Source: an uncultured bacterium (GTDB lineage Bacteria; Krumholzibacteriota; Krumholzibacteriia; LZORAL124-64-63). Taken from it: a stretch of DNA of 64,000 nucleotides. Made by a program: the position numbers and the translations under genes. The notes beneath the pieces were generated by a model. That model did not search any database. It was not told the origin of the DNA and saw only the letters and a list, made by a program, of their open reading frames with translations. Below are positions 40,086-50,311 of the stretch, piece by piece. How positions within the stretch are numbered: position 1 is the first letter of the stretch; each line of letters starts with the position of its first letter. The stretch is from contig CAVSGO010000007.1 in the NCBI GenBank assembly GCA_963727525.1, forward strand, positions 2,272,001 to 2,336,000, in the 5' to 3' direction.

Positions 40086-40523
40086 TTAGCGCTTGTCGCC
40101 GGCAGCCGCCGGGGCACCGAGGCCGGTGTCGACGGCCAGGCGCGTGCGCGCGGCCGTCAGGATCTGGTCGAGTTCGGTGACGGCCGCCGCATCCTCGCGC
40201 TCGTGGGCCAGCCGTAGCTGGATGCTCAGCAGGTCGATCTCGAGCTGGAGCTTGAGCGCCGCGATCTCGTGTTGCGCCGCGGCGGCGGCCTCGCTGCTGG
40301 TGGCGGCGCCATAGCGCGCCGTCAGCTCGGTCAGGCGGATCCGGAAGGTGTCGCGCAGGTCGGCGACCTCGCGTTCCAGCGGGGTGGCCGCCGGGCTCAC
40401 GGTCACGACGGCCGAGTCGGCCGGCGCCGTTGCGATCTGGTCGACCGCGGCGTTGGCGGTGCCATGGAGACAAGCGGTGGCGACGAGAGCCGCCAACGGG
40501 ATCCAGCGTGTCCAGTTCTGCAT
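40086..40523 (-). CDS. Small exported coiled-coil protein, operonic with the metalloprotease-like gene
   Basis: GGAGG RBS; signal peptide; amphipathic helices; its stop codon abuts the RBS of the 40072 gene. Confidence 0.75.
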   Translation of the reverse strand: MQNWTRWIPLAALVATACLHGTANAAVDQIATAPADSAVVTVSPAATPLEREVADLRDTFRIRLTELTARYGAATSSEAAAAAQHEIAALKLQLEIDLLSIQLRLAHEREDAAAVTELDQILTAARTRLAVDTGLGAPAAAGDKR

Positions 40524-40889
40524 GAATATCCTCCAGTCTAATAATGACTTGTGGTGCAAGACGGCGGCGCGTGGCGCGCCTGGCTTTCCAGGTGTCATAG
40601 GGATTAACGCAGGATCGCGTCGCAGAGTATCACGACGATCGAGAATTTCGACGGAATCGGGCTCGTTTCAGCCTTCAGATCCCCGTGCCCGCCATATATT
40701 CGTCCGCTGTGGAATCCAAGGACTTCCGAGATCGGGCCGATGCGCTCATCTGCTCGTCGTCCGGAGCTATAAGTCGCCACTACTGGCTCCCTATATCTCG
40801 TCTACAACATTGAATTGAGATTTCTTGTCAGAAATAAGGAAATTTCTAACTGCTTGTTCTACGGCACGGACGAATCAATGGGAGGGACA

Positions 40890-40919
40890 GGTACCCCGGA
40901 GGCACGCCTCCGGGGTACC
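40890..40919. terminator. Perfect 14-bp inverted repeat downstream of the 40940 gene fragment
   Basis: GGTACCCCGGAGGC-ac-GCCTCCGGGGTACC. Confidence 0.55.
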
Positions 40920-40939
40920 GCAGGTACGGATGCAAGGGT

Positions 40940-41589
40940 CTACTTCAGTAACAGGATCTTCGTCGATTCGGTCTCGCCGCCGGCACGGATTCGGGCCACA
41001 TACGTGCCGGACGGCAGGGTCCTCGGCGCGAATGTGACGTCGTGGGGGCCGGCTGCGAGCCGCGCGCGCAGCACATCGGCGACCCAGCGTCCCGCGAGGT
41101 CGAACACGTCGACGACAACATCCGCTTCCGCATTCAGGCTGAATTCAAGCACTGCCTTCGGGTTGAACGGATTGGGCTTCACGCCGTGCAGAGTGATCAA
41201 TCTCGCGGTCGGAATCGCGCCTTCGTCCGGTGTAGCAACGATGTTCGTGGCTTCGATCGGTACGCTCTCGTTGCCTAGGGCATCGACGATGGACACCCGG
41301 TAATAGGTCGCCGGCCAACCCGGACGCCGTGTGTCCGTGTAGGTAATGGCGGTTCCAGGCAGAACCGCGAGGCGTGTACCAAGGCTCGGCAGGAAGTGTT
41401 CGACCGGACCACCGTAGATGACGACTTGCGCGATATCGTCGAGGACATGGGGGAATGCAAGCTGAGCGGGACCAGCGTTGATCACGACACTGAGTGCGAA
41501 TGGCGGTATCGGGGGCGCGCCGCCCGGCATTCCGACGATCTCGAAATCATCGATGTACCACCCGGCTCCCTGTACCGATGGATAACTAG
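40940..41589 (-). pseudogene. 3' part of a secreted FlgD/T9SS-tail protein truncated by IS1380
   Basis: 'SVQGAGWYIDD...YYRVSIVD..GNES...KPNPFNP...TKILLLK'; the reading frame runs into the IS end at CTAG 41586-41589. Confidence 0.8.
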
Positions 41590-43435
41590 ACCTAAAACAA
41601 GCGCGTTTCACGACGCGAGATTGGCGGCATTTCGCGACTGGCCAAAGTCACACTCACCCTATGCCGGCTTGCAACTTCGCCGACTACCGTTGCTTTGATC
41701 ACTTGCCTCGACACTGCCTTCCCGTTTCTTGATCGCCTGCGGCCTCGGCTCCACCCCCCGCTAATAAAGCGATGGCTTCGTCAACAGCGACAAGGAATTC
41801 GCAAGGCATCAACACCGCGGAGAAACACCTGCTGCCACGGGTTCCACGACAACAGTCGGTAGACGATTCGCCGCCCACCGCGAATAATCTGGCACGGTAA
41901 CATCATGAAGCTGTTCAAGAACGTTCTGAACTCCATCCGCAGTACAGCCTGTTTCTCAGCAGCGTGCTTTGCCGCCCAACGTCCTTGCTCTGGCAAGCGC
42001 AACGCAAACCATGCCTTCAGCGTCCAAGCCAAAGACGCCATCACCATGTAGGCCCAGTTGGCGACCAGGCTATTGACCGGCAACCGAAACGCCCGCACGC
42101 CGTTCTTAAGCTGTTCGATCAGATTCTCCTGGTTGCAGCGGTCATTCGCCAGAAACACGATTTCCGACGCTGGCGTGAGCTCGTCGTTGGTGATGTAGAA
42201 AAAGTACCGGATCTGCTCGAAGAGGGCGTGTTCACCTTTTTCTACCGATAGATTCTTGCGGACCACGACAATTCGGTATGCCTGCGCACATGCGGTGGGA
42301 CGATACGGGAACTCCGCCACATCCTCGCATTGCAGTTTGATGTTCTCGAATTCGCGCGCTCGCACGACATCTTCCTTCACGTTGCGTGGTCGCCGTCGTG
42401 GCGCTGTCTTGACCACGTGCTTCACTGGTCGCTGCAGGCGAGACCAGGCCTCTTCCGGCAGGTCATCTGCCCATTCGACGAGGTGGCGCCCAGCGTCGAT
42501 GCCGAAGACGAAACGCACGCCTTGCGAGTGCCAGCGATCGAGATGTGAGGTCTGGCTGAAGTCCGTGTCGCCACGCATCAGGATTCGGCGGAATCCAGCT
42601 TCACGACACAATCCGATGGATTGATCGAGTCGCGCCGCCGCTCCTTCATGAGAAGGGCGGTTGCCACTGCGGTTTACCAGAAACAGTGGCTCACCGGTGT
42701 TGGCTAAGGAGACAACCAACGGATGGTAGCCCCAGTCGCCTTTGTAGGAAATATCCATGCCCTGTTTGCACTCGCCGGTGGTTGGAGCCAATGTGCCGTC
42801 CGCCTCCAGGATCGCCTCTTCAAAAAACGCCGACGGCTGTTGTCTCCAGATCCTCTGCCGTGTCCGATTGATCACGTCCATTAGCGTCTCGACGTCGCTG
42901 GGCCGGAACCTCCGACAAAAGTCGCCGGCTGTCGTCGGATCTGGAATGCTGAGCGCTCCCAGTGCGTCCAGATAGACCTCATCGTTGCGGCGGATTTCGA
43001 TGTCTTCGAGACGTTGGCCGCCGCACAGGATGTTGTAGGCGATGTTGAGAACGTGGTCAGATTCGTGATATGGCAGGTGGGATCGTAGAAGGTGAAGTTG
43101 CCCATCGATTCCGCCAATCAGTCCGCTGTGTTGTGCCAGGCTATGGATGGCGCCGATCCCGCCGTACGCGATGCCGCGAATTCGGTCGCTGTGTTCGTAG
43201 TGAATGTTGGTCGCCTTGAACATCGGTTCCGGCTGGTCGCACCAGTTGCGCCGTCTAAGCCGGCGGCCAATTCTGCGCTTGCAATCGGCCTCACGATTGT
43301 GTTTAATCTTGCTCACTCGAAATGCCCTCCCGGCGACTGGGTTGTAGTTTGTCCTACCTCCCTTATAGCAGCTTGTGGCGGGCATTTCGAGCATCTTCGC
43401 TACTCTTCAAGTAATATATCGCGCTTGTTTGAGGG
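41590..43435. mobile_element. IS1380-family insertion sequence flanked by CTAG
   Basis: Left ACCTAAAACAAGCGCG (41590-41605) vs reverse complement of right end CCCTCAAACAAGCGCG (43420-43435), 14/16 match; CTAG at 41586-41589 and 43436-43439; lower GC than flanks. Confidence 0.85.
41781..43316 (-). CDS. IS1380-family DDE transposase
   Basis: 'PDPTTAGDFCRRF', 'ADGT', 'WGYHPL', 'RGDTDF', 'RCNQENLIEQLK', 'NWAYM'; probable GTG start at 43316. Confidence 0.9.
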   Translation of the reverse strand: MSKIKHNREADCKRRIGRRLRRRNWCDQPEPMFKATNIHYEHSDRIRGIAYGGIGAIHSLAQHSGLIGGIDGQLHLLRSHLPYHESDHVLNIAYNILCGGQRLEDIEIRRNDEVYLDALGALSIPDPTTAGDFCRRFRPSDVETLMDVINRTRQRIWRQQPSAFFEEAILEADGTLAPTTGECKQGMDISYKGDWGYHPLVVSLANTGEPLFLVNRSGNRPSHEGAAARLDQSIGLCREAGFRRILMRGDTDFSQTSHLDRWHSQGVRFVFGIDAGRHLVEWADDLPEEAWSRLQRPVKHVVKTAPRRRPRNVKEDVVRAREFENIKLQCEDVAEFPYRPTACAQAYRIVVVRKNLSVEKGEHALFEQIRYFFYITNDELTPASEIVFLANDRCNQENLIEQLKNGVRAFRLPVNSLVANWAYMVMASLAWTLKAWFALRLPEQGRWAAKHAAEKQAVLRMEFRTFLNSFMMLPCQIIRGGRRIVYRLLSWNPWQQVFLRGVDALRIPCRC

Positions 43436-43591
43436 CTAGTACTCGATGAGACGCAGATCCGCGACCTCAAGTTGTTCAGGTTGGCAGAGAATCTGAGCGC
43501 CATCGTCGTCAGCGAGGACGTCAAGGAAGAGATCGAACGAAGGGGAATCGCGGGTATCTTCTTTTACAAGAGTGGCGAGTGGTCGGGTTGA
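43436..43591 (+). pseudogene. C-terminal remnant of an Imm11/DUF1629-like immunity protein
   Basis: Manual translation starting at the IS end: LVLDETQIRDLKLFRLAENLSAIVVSEDVKEEIERRGIAGIFFYKSGEWSG*. Confidence 0.6.
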
Positions 43592-43719
43592 TCCACGAGC
43601 TCCCTACCACGTGGAAACCTGCGTGGCGGCTGTCAATTTCATGATATCATGCTGCAGCGACGTTTCGTCAATCGCACCTTGCGATCGGCCCGGCGGCCGA
43701 CAGGGTGAGGCCGTGGTAA

Positions 43720-43890
43720 AGCGCTCATCACCATCGCCATGATACGCCGCACCCGCCGCCAGCAGCCGCCCATCCGGCAGGAGCGCGAGGTCGAGCGTTT
43801 CGCTAGTGCCGGAAAACCCGTCGTCACGACGCCGAAGTCGCCGAACCAGGAATCGTAGAGTCCGTCGACGAGGTGGGCGACCGTCTCCAC
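43720..43890 (-). pseudogene. Frameshifted delta-60-repeat remnant
   Basis: 'DGLYDSWFGDFGVVTTGF' followed in another frame by 'DLALLPDGRLLAAG'. Confidence 0.5.
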
Positions 43891-43949
43891 CATGCGGCGC
43901 GTGCCGCAGGATGGGCACAGGTCACGGACCTTGCAACTGAAGGGGCGAT

Positions 43950-44294
43950 GTGTTCGTGATCGACGACATTACCTTCACGGGCGCGTACGGTCCGTTCGGC
44001 GGCGCGGTGCGGATCTTCGACTGGTCCTACGTCGAGGTGCGACGTTGCGTGCTGCGTGGCAACCGCTCGCAGTCCGTGGGCGGTGGCATCGCTGCGGGCG
44101 TCGCGTTTCCCCAAGTTGCGGGAAACGTGGCGGTCGACCCCCTGCTCTGCGATCCCGACGCCGGCGACTTCCACCTGCATGCCGACTCCCCGTGCCTCGC
44201 CGACTGCGGCGTGATCGGGGCCTGGCCGGTGGGGTGTGGGGTGGTGCGGGTGGAGACGACGGCCTGGGGTGCGATCAAGGCGATGTTCGACTGA
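43950..44294 (+). pseudogene. Internally deleted beta-helix protein remnant ending in a WGxIK motif
   Basis: 'GNRSQSVGGGI' joined to 'GNVAVDPLLCDPDAGDFHLHADSPC...ETTAWGAIKAMFD'; no signal peptide. Confidence 0.6.
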
Positions 44295-44469
44295 AGACGG
44301 TAGAGCCATTTCCCCGGCGAAGCGCCGGGGGTGTTCTGTCGTTTCCCGCGAAACGCTATAAGCATATAAAATACAACAGATTGCGCCATTGGTGCCGGCG
44401 CCACTGGAGCCGACCATCGCCCCGCAGCTGCGCGGCGACCCGGTCGAAACGCAAGGGCCGCGGACCGTG
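44090..44469 (+). repeat. 380-bp dispersed direct repeat, copy A
   Basis: Aligns without gaps to 57284-57663; about 31 mismatches by manual count (about 92% identity). Confidence 0.95.
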
Positions 44470-44537
44470 ATCAACATTGCGGATTTTTAATCTCCGCTAT
44501 TCAATGGGATCATCTCAGAGTAAGAAAGGACGCTGCC

Positions 44538-45070
44538 TTGGACGATCCCGACCGTACGCTTCCGCCAGATCCCGATCGCACCCGCGCCACCGACGAAGCA
44601 GCCGTACCTGGCGGCCCGCGCTTGCCGGCGAAAGTGGGGCGCTACCGTCCCCTGCGCATCCTGGTGCAGGGCGGCATGGGTGTGGTCTACGAGGCGGAGC
44701 AGGAGGAGCCGCGTCGCCGCGTGGCGCTCAAGGTGATCCGCCCCGAGCTGGCGACGGAAGACTTGCGCCGCCGTTTCGCGCACGAGTCGGTCTTCCTGGG
44801 CCGGCTGCAGCATCCCGGCATCGCCCAGGTCTACGAGGCCGGCACCGCGGACACGCCCGATGGCCCGGTGCCGTTCATCGCCATGGAGCTGATCGAGGGC
44901 TTGCCCCTGAACACCTGGGCGCGGACCACCGACCCCGATCGAAGCACCCGCATCGAGCTGATGATCCGGCTCTGCGACGCCGTGTAGCACGCCCATCAGC
45001 GCGGCCTCATCCATCGCGACCTCAAGCCCGGCAACGTGCTCGTTGATGGCAGTGGTCGCCCGCGCGTGAA
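44538..45070 (+). pseudogene. Truncated Hanks-type Ser/Thr protein kinase
   Basis: GGMGVVYEA...VALKVI...LQHPGIA; in-frame TAG at 44985-44987, then [18 protein letters not shown]; no DFG motif or anything downstream of it. Confidence 0.85.
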
Positions 45071-45175
45071 GGCGGGCGCCGACAAGCGCGTCGCGCGGGT
45101 CCGCGATGAACTGAAGACGGCGATCGCCGCGCGGTGATCCGCGGCGGTGCGCAAGAAGCAAGAGAAAGGCAAGAC

Positions 45176-45580
45176 ATGAACCTCCAGAACGCGCGCACCC
45201 TGATCACCGGCGCGATGCTCATGGCCCGTGAAGTGGTCCCGCATTTCATCAAGCAGAATCATGGCCACCTGCTGAACATCTCGTCGACCAGCGGCCTGAG
45301 CGGCGGCAAGCTCAGCACAGCCTACAGCGGTTCGAAGTTCGCCCTGCGTGGCATGACCGAGTGCTGGCGTGCCGAGCTGCGTCCTCACAACATCCGCGTG
45401 ACGCTCGTCAATCCCAGCGAGGTGCAGACACCGTTCTTCACCAAGATGGGCCGCGAGCAGGTCCTGTCGGACAAGAAACTGCGCCCGAGCGAGATCGCCG
45501 ATGCCATCGTGGGCGCCGTGGAGATCGACGACCGCGGCTTCATCCCCGAGTTCTCGGTCTTCGCCACGAATCCGTTCTAG
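45176..45580 (+). pseudogene. Short-chain dehydrogenase/reductase with an in-frame internal deletion
   Basis: MNLQNARTLITG is fused directly to AMLMAREVVPHF...NISS...YSGSK; the Gly-rich loop and NNAG region are missing. Confidence 0.8.
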
Positions 45581-45777
45581 AGATCGTCCCGAAGTTTGGC
45601 GTGCGACCGGGTATAGGCAAACAGACCACGTTTCCGAAACCCCTCTCCCCCATGGCGCCAGTTCTCTGGCTCGATTCGACCACACCTTCGCCGCGCCTTC
45701 GCATGAGATTCGCCTGTGAACCTCTCGATGCTTCCGCCAATCCTCCGGGACCTTCTTTCGCGTCTCGCCCCGAGATT

Positions 45778-46968
45778 TCAGAGCGGCAAGCCGCGCCAGG
45801 CGACGGGCAACTCGATGTCGCGCGCGCCGACGAAGCTGGCCAGCTCGCGCAGGCTCCCGGCGAGACCTCTCTCGAGGCGGTCGTCACGAAGGGCCCTGTG
45901 CTCGAGGTGAATGGCGCCGATAGTCAAACGGCCGCGCGCGCGATCGAGGCGGGGATCGAGACGGCCGACGAGCCGTCCCTCGTGCAGGATGGGCAGCACA
46001 TAGTAGCCAAAGTTGCGCCTGGCCGGCGGCGTGTAGATCTCGATGCGGTAGCGAAAGTCCAGCAGTTCCTCGGCGCGCCGGCGCTGCCAGAGCAGCGAGT
46101 CGAAGGGGCAGATCAGCGTGGTCCCACGGGGCGCGGGCAGGCCGAAGCCGGCGTCGAGATGCTCGGGCAACGCGTAGGCCGTGCCGGCCAGGCCGGGCAC
46201 TTCGACCGCGACGATGCGCTTCGTTTTGACCAGGCGCGCGAGCACGGCCGTGCGCTCGGCGGCCTTGAGCCGCGGCGCGGATAGGTAGTGGTCGAGATGC
46301 CGCGCCGTGGCGACGCCGTTGCCGGCCAGACCGATCAGGGCCCAGCTGTCCTCGTGGGCGCGCCGGCTCGCCGTCGGGCCGGGCGGATAGACGCGCTCGG
46401 CGAGATCGTAGACGCGCCGGAAGTGCCGCCGCTCACGCACGGCCAGCTTGCCCTCGCGCCAGAGCAGCTCCAGGGCCATCTTCGCGTCCTTCCAGCCCCA
46501 CCAGCCACCGCTGCGCTTCTCACCATCGCCCTCGAAGTCGGCACTCTCCAGCGGGCCCTCGTCGCGGATCCGGCGCAGGACGCGCCGCTTCACGGTCGCG
46601 GGCTGGTGCATGCGCGCCCACCACTTGCCCGCGGGATCCCAGTCGCGCATGAAGCGTCGGCTGAGCGGCAGGCTCGCCGTCGGCAGGATGCTCGCCTCGT
46701 GCCCCCAGAACTCGTAGGCACAACCATCGCGGTAGACCCAGCGGTCCAGCGTGGCCGGCGCGAAGTGCCCATAGCGGCTCCAGAGCGTGAGCAGATGCGC
46801 GCGCGCCACCGCGTTGACGCTGTCGAGCTGCAACGCCCCACAGCGAGCCAGATGGTCGACGAACTGCACGCGCGTGAGACGACGGCCCCGGGGCCTGAGC
46901 AGCCCCTGGCGGGCCAGCCAGAGCCGGACCACGTGCTCGCGCTCGATGCAGGGAAGGGCTTTCGACAT
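45778..46968 (-). CDS. YcaQ/AlkZ-like (HTH_42) crosslink-repair DNA glycosylase
   Basis: LQLDSVNAVARAH (QxD motif), EFWGHEAS, PFDSLLW.R.R...F.YR.EIY.P..R.FGYYVLPIL. Confidence 0.9.
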   Translation of the reverse strand: MSKALPCIEREHVVRLWLARQGLLRPRGRRLTRVQFVDHLARCGALQLDSVNAVARAHLLTLWSRYGHFAPATLDRWVYRDGCAYEFWGHEASILPTASLPLSRRFMRDWDPAGKWWARMHQPATVKRRVLRRIRDEGPLESADFEGDGEKRSGGWWGWKDAKMALELLWREGKLAVRERRHFRRVYDLAERVYPPGPTASRRAHEDSWALIGLAGNGVATARHLDHYLSAPRLKAAERTAVLARLVKTKRIVAVEVPGLAGTAYALPEHLDAGFGLPAPRGTTLICPFDSLLWQRRRAEELLDFRYRIEIYTPPARRNFGYYVLPILHEGRLVGRLDPRLDRARGRLTIGAIHLEHRALRDDRLERGLAGSLRELASFVGARDIELPVAWRGLPL

Positions 46969-47229
46969 GGGCGGAGGCTAGCAGGTCATGGCGGATGCGA
47001 AAAGCACTGGGCGCCCGTGCAGATCCATCGCGTGCCCGATCGACGGCTGCGCGGGGCATGCCCCCGCGCGCCTGCCCGGCCCCAGCCAACAGGTGCAAAT
47101 CAGCACCGGCCACCTCGTCCCAGGCACCGACGTGTTCGTTTGGCAACCGTGGTGCGTATCCCATATGGCATGGCATGAACCCAGGGGCTGCACACCCCCG
47201 ATCTCGTCGGTGAAACGGAGTCGAAAATC

Positions 47230-50055
47230 ATGAATAGAGAACGTCAATCTGGATTCAATCGAGGCTTCCCCATCGTGCTGGTCTACGTCGCGCTACTGGG
47301 AATCCGGTGCTATCCGGCCCACGCAAACCCGGGCGATCTCGACCCGTCCTTCGGCGGATTCAGCCACGACGGTATCGCCACCCAGTATGGCTATCCGATG
47401 GACAGTTACGATCGACGCGGCATGGCCGTCCAGCCGGACGGAAAGGTCGTCACGGCCGGATACACGGGGCAGGGAATCCTCGTGATGCGCTTTCTGCCGA
47501 ACGGATTCCCCGATCCCACCTTTGGCGACTCCGGCGTCGCGATGCTCCAACACGCCACGATCCAGACGCGAGCGACCTGCGTCGCCTTGCAGAGCGATGG
47601 GAAGATCGTCGTGGCCGGCTGGGCCGACACGAACCCGGCCAACTACATGCTGGCCCGCCTCCTGCCGAATGGCCAGCTCGACGCGTCATTCGGTTCGGGC
47701 TTTGTGTTCACCGACTTCTCCAACGACACCGACCAGGCTTACGGCGTCGTCATCCAGGCCGACGGCAAGATCATCGCCGCCGGACGCTCCCTCGTCGGCG
47801 GCGACTACGACTTCTCGGCCGCGCGCTACAACCCCGACGGCTCGCTCGACACCAGTTTCAATTTGGATGGCCGCATCACGTTCGGCTACGGTGCCGGCGG
47901 GGACGATGCCAACGAAGCCTGCTATGCCATCGCCCTCGATGGCAGTGGACGGCTCGTCATGGCGGGTGGCAGTACCGACGGCTCCATCTCCAACCAGTTC
48001 AAGGTCGCCCGCCTGACCACGGCTGGCGTTCTCGATCCGACCTTCAACGGGACCGGCAAGTTGCACTTCGGCATGGGCGAGTACCATTCGGCCGCGAATG
48101 CCGTGGCGATCACCTGGGATGGGAAGATCGTCGTCGCTGGGTCCTACTACTTCCACTCGCCGTTCCCCGGCCAGAATCAGGGATACGTCGCGCGGATCTT
48201 GCCATATGGTGCGTTGGACAGTTCGCTGGACGGAGACGGCAAGGCGACGGTGCTCGACGCCCTGTACATCTGGGGCGTCATCGCGCAACCCGACGGCAAG
48301 ATCGTGGTACTGGGAAACATCGCCGACTCGGCGAGCGAGTCCACGATCTACCTCGTAGGCCTCAACTACGACGGTTCTCACGACGTGACCTTTGGTTCCT
48401 CCAATGGCGAAGTCGCCTTTGCCCTCGGCGGCTACTGCGCGGGCGATGCCCTTGCGCGTCAACCTGACGGACGCTTGCTCATCTACGGCGCCCAGGGCCA
48501 GAACCACGTGCTGATACGAATCTGGCCCGACGCCAGACTCGACACCGACGGGACGCAGGCCGTCGGGTTCGACATGCCTGGTTTTGGCGTCGGGACCTAC
48601 GCGATCGGGAACGGACAGGCAGTACAAACCGACGGCAAGATCATCGTCGCGGGCACCGTCTACGGCTTCCTGGAACCGGCGGCCGATTTCGGCCTCGCGC
48701 GCGCTGACCCGAGCGGGTCGCCCGACGACTCCTTCGGCACTCACGGCCGGGCCACGTTCCCGTTCGACCAGGACGACTTCGGCGCCTGCGTCGCGCTGCA
48801 GGACGACGGCAAGATCGTCATGGCCGGCGACACCCAGACCGGGTCGGATCGCGATTTCATGGTCGTGCGCTTCAACGCCGACGGCAGCATCGACGGGTCG
48901 TTCGGATTCCTCGGCGTCGCCATGCTCGATTTCCTGGGCGGCGACGACTACGGGCGCGCCGTGGCCATCGCGCCGGACGGGAAGATCGTCGTCGCCGGTA
49001 CGGTCTTCAATGGTGTCCGCAACGTCTTCGGGGTCGCACGGTTCAACAGCAATGGCACGCCCGATACCACGTTCGATCTCGACGGCAAGCAGCTGGTCGA
49101 ATTCTCGATCGGGCCGACGCACTGGGCATCGAGCGTTGCCGTGCTACCGGATGGGAGAATCCTCGAAGGCGGATCTGTCGGCGGTGATTTCGCGCTGCTG
49201 CGTCTGAACGTCAACGGCAGCCTCGACACCACCTTCGGCAGCGCCTTCGGTGGATCCGGCCACCGCACCTACGATTTCGGCGGCGACGACTACCTGAACG
49301 CGCTCACGCTGGGTCCGGGCAATTCGATCTACGCGGCCGGGAGCCGGACGATCGGCGGTCATTCGGTCTTCGCGCTGCTGCAGCTTCCGCAACATGGTGG
49401 GCCGCCGGTCTGCTTCCCCAACCCCTGCCCCTGGCCGGACGGACAGGCGATCGTCGACTGGGGTGCGAGCCTAGATGCCGCGGCTTATGCGATCGACCTG
49501 CGCGACGATGGCCAGGTGCTCGCCGGCGGCATCGCCGGAGCCAACCTCGCGTGGGCCCAGGTCAGCGCGTCGTCGACGCCCGTGCCGATCTACGCGACGG
49601 CGTCCTTCCCGGGCACCAGCGACACGGCCACCGGCATCAGCTTCACGAACGACGGCAAGGTCATCGCGACGGGCTACTACAACTGGAATGGTGCCAAGGC
49701 CATGGCTCTGGCTCGCTTCTACACGACAGGCGGTGAGGTTGGAGTCGAGGACGGTGACGTGGCCGTGAATCCCGGCAGCTTGCGGCGCATATCGACCTAT
49801 CCGAACCCCACCACCGGACGCGCGACGATCGCCTTCGATTTGCCGGGCGGCGCGCGCACGACCGTCTCGATCTACGATCTCGCCGGACACCGCGTGCGCA
49901 TGCTCTTCGATGAACCGCTCCCCGCTGGTCGGCACGAGATGGTGTGGGACACGAATGACCGACGCGGGCGACCCGTCGCGGCCGGGATCTACCTGGTCCG
50001 TGTCGATTCCGGTGCACGGCACGTGGAGCAGAAAGTCATGGTGCTCAGCCGCTGA
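47230..50055 (+). CDS. Secreted delta-60-repeat beta-propeller protein with FlgD/T9SS-like C-terminal domain
   Basis: Many 'QPDGKIVVAG...ARYNPDGSLDTSF' repeats; TYPNP...AGIYL...KVMVLSR tail; GGAG RBS. Confidence 0.9.
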   Translation: MNRERQSGFNRGFPIVLVYVALLGIRCYPAHANPGDLDPSFGGFSHDGIATQYGYPMDSYDRRGMAVQPDGKVVTAGYTGQGILVMRFLPNGFPDPTFGDSGVAMLQHATIQTRATCVALQSDGKIVVAGWADTNPANYMLARLLPNGQLDASFGSGFVFTDFSNDTDQAYGVVIQADGKIIAAGRSLVGGDYDFSAARYNPDGSLDTSFNLDGRITFGYGAGGDDANEACYAIALDGSGRLVMAGGSTDGSISNQFKVARLTTAGVLDPTFNGTGKLHFGMGEYHSAANAVAITWDGKIVVAGSYYFHSPFPGQNQGYVARILPYGALDSSLDGDGKATVLDALYIWGVIAQPDGKIVVLGNIADSASESTIYLVGLNYDGSHDVTFGSSNGEVAFALGGYCAGDALARQPDGRLLIYGAQGQNHVLIRIWPDARLDTDGTQAVGFDMPGFGVGTYAIGNGQAVQTDGKIIVAGTVYGFLEPAADFGLARADPSGSPDDSFGTHGRATFPFDQDDFGACVALQDDGKIVMAGDTQTGSDRDFMVVRFNADGSIDGSFGFLGVAMLDFLGGDDYGRAVAIAPDGKIVVAGTVFNGVRNVFGVARFNSNGTPDTTFDLDGKQLVEFSIGPTHWASSVAVLPDGRILEGGSVGGDFALLRLNVNGSLDTTFGSAFGGSGHRTYDFGGDDYLNALTLGPGNSIYAAGSRTIGGHSVFALLQLPQHGGPPVCFPNPCPWPDGQAIVDWGASLDAAAYAIDLRDDGQVLAGGIAGANLAWAQVSASSTPVPIYATASFPGTSDTATGISFTNDGKVIATGYYNWNGAKAMALARFYTTGGEVGVEDGDVAVNPGSLRRISTYPNPTTGRATIAFDLPGGARTTVSIYDLAGHRVRMLFDEPLPAGRHEMVWDTNDRRGRPVAAGIYLVRVDSGARHVEQKVMVLSR

Positions 50056-50311
50056 AACGAGTCGAGATGAACGTCGAATGGGCACGGGCGGACCAGGGGC
50101 CGGACACCGCGACGGCACCGAGGCCGGGCGCTGGGGCGACGTCAAGGGGCTGTTCCGCTGACCAGCCCCGCGCGGTGCGCCGCGCGCTTCACCGGATCGC
50201 GGCGGGGTCTGTATCGCGCGATCCCGCCGTTTGCTGTAGACTTTGCAAGGCGTCTCAGGTGGCCGAAACATGCCGCCGGACCACTCCGAATCAGGCGCGA
50301 GGAGTTGCCCG

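Noticed and set aside
44985-44987. Recoded TAG (pyrrolysine or alternative genetic code) in the kinase
   Set aside because: The kinase is also truncated before DFG, and TAG serves as a normal stop in many intact genes here.
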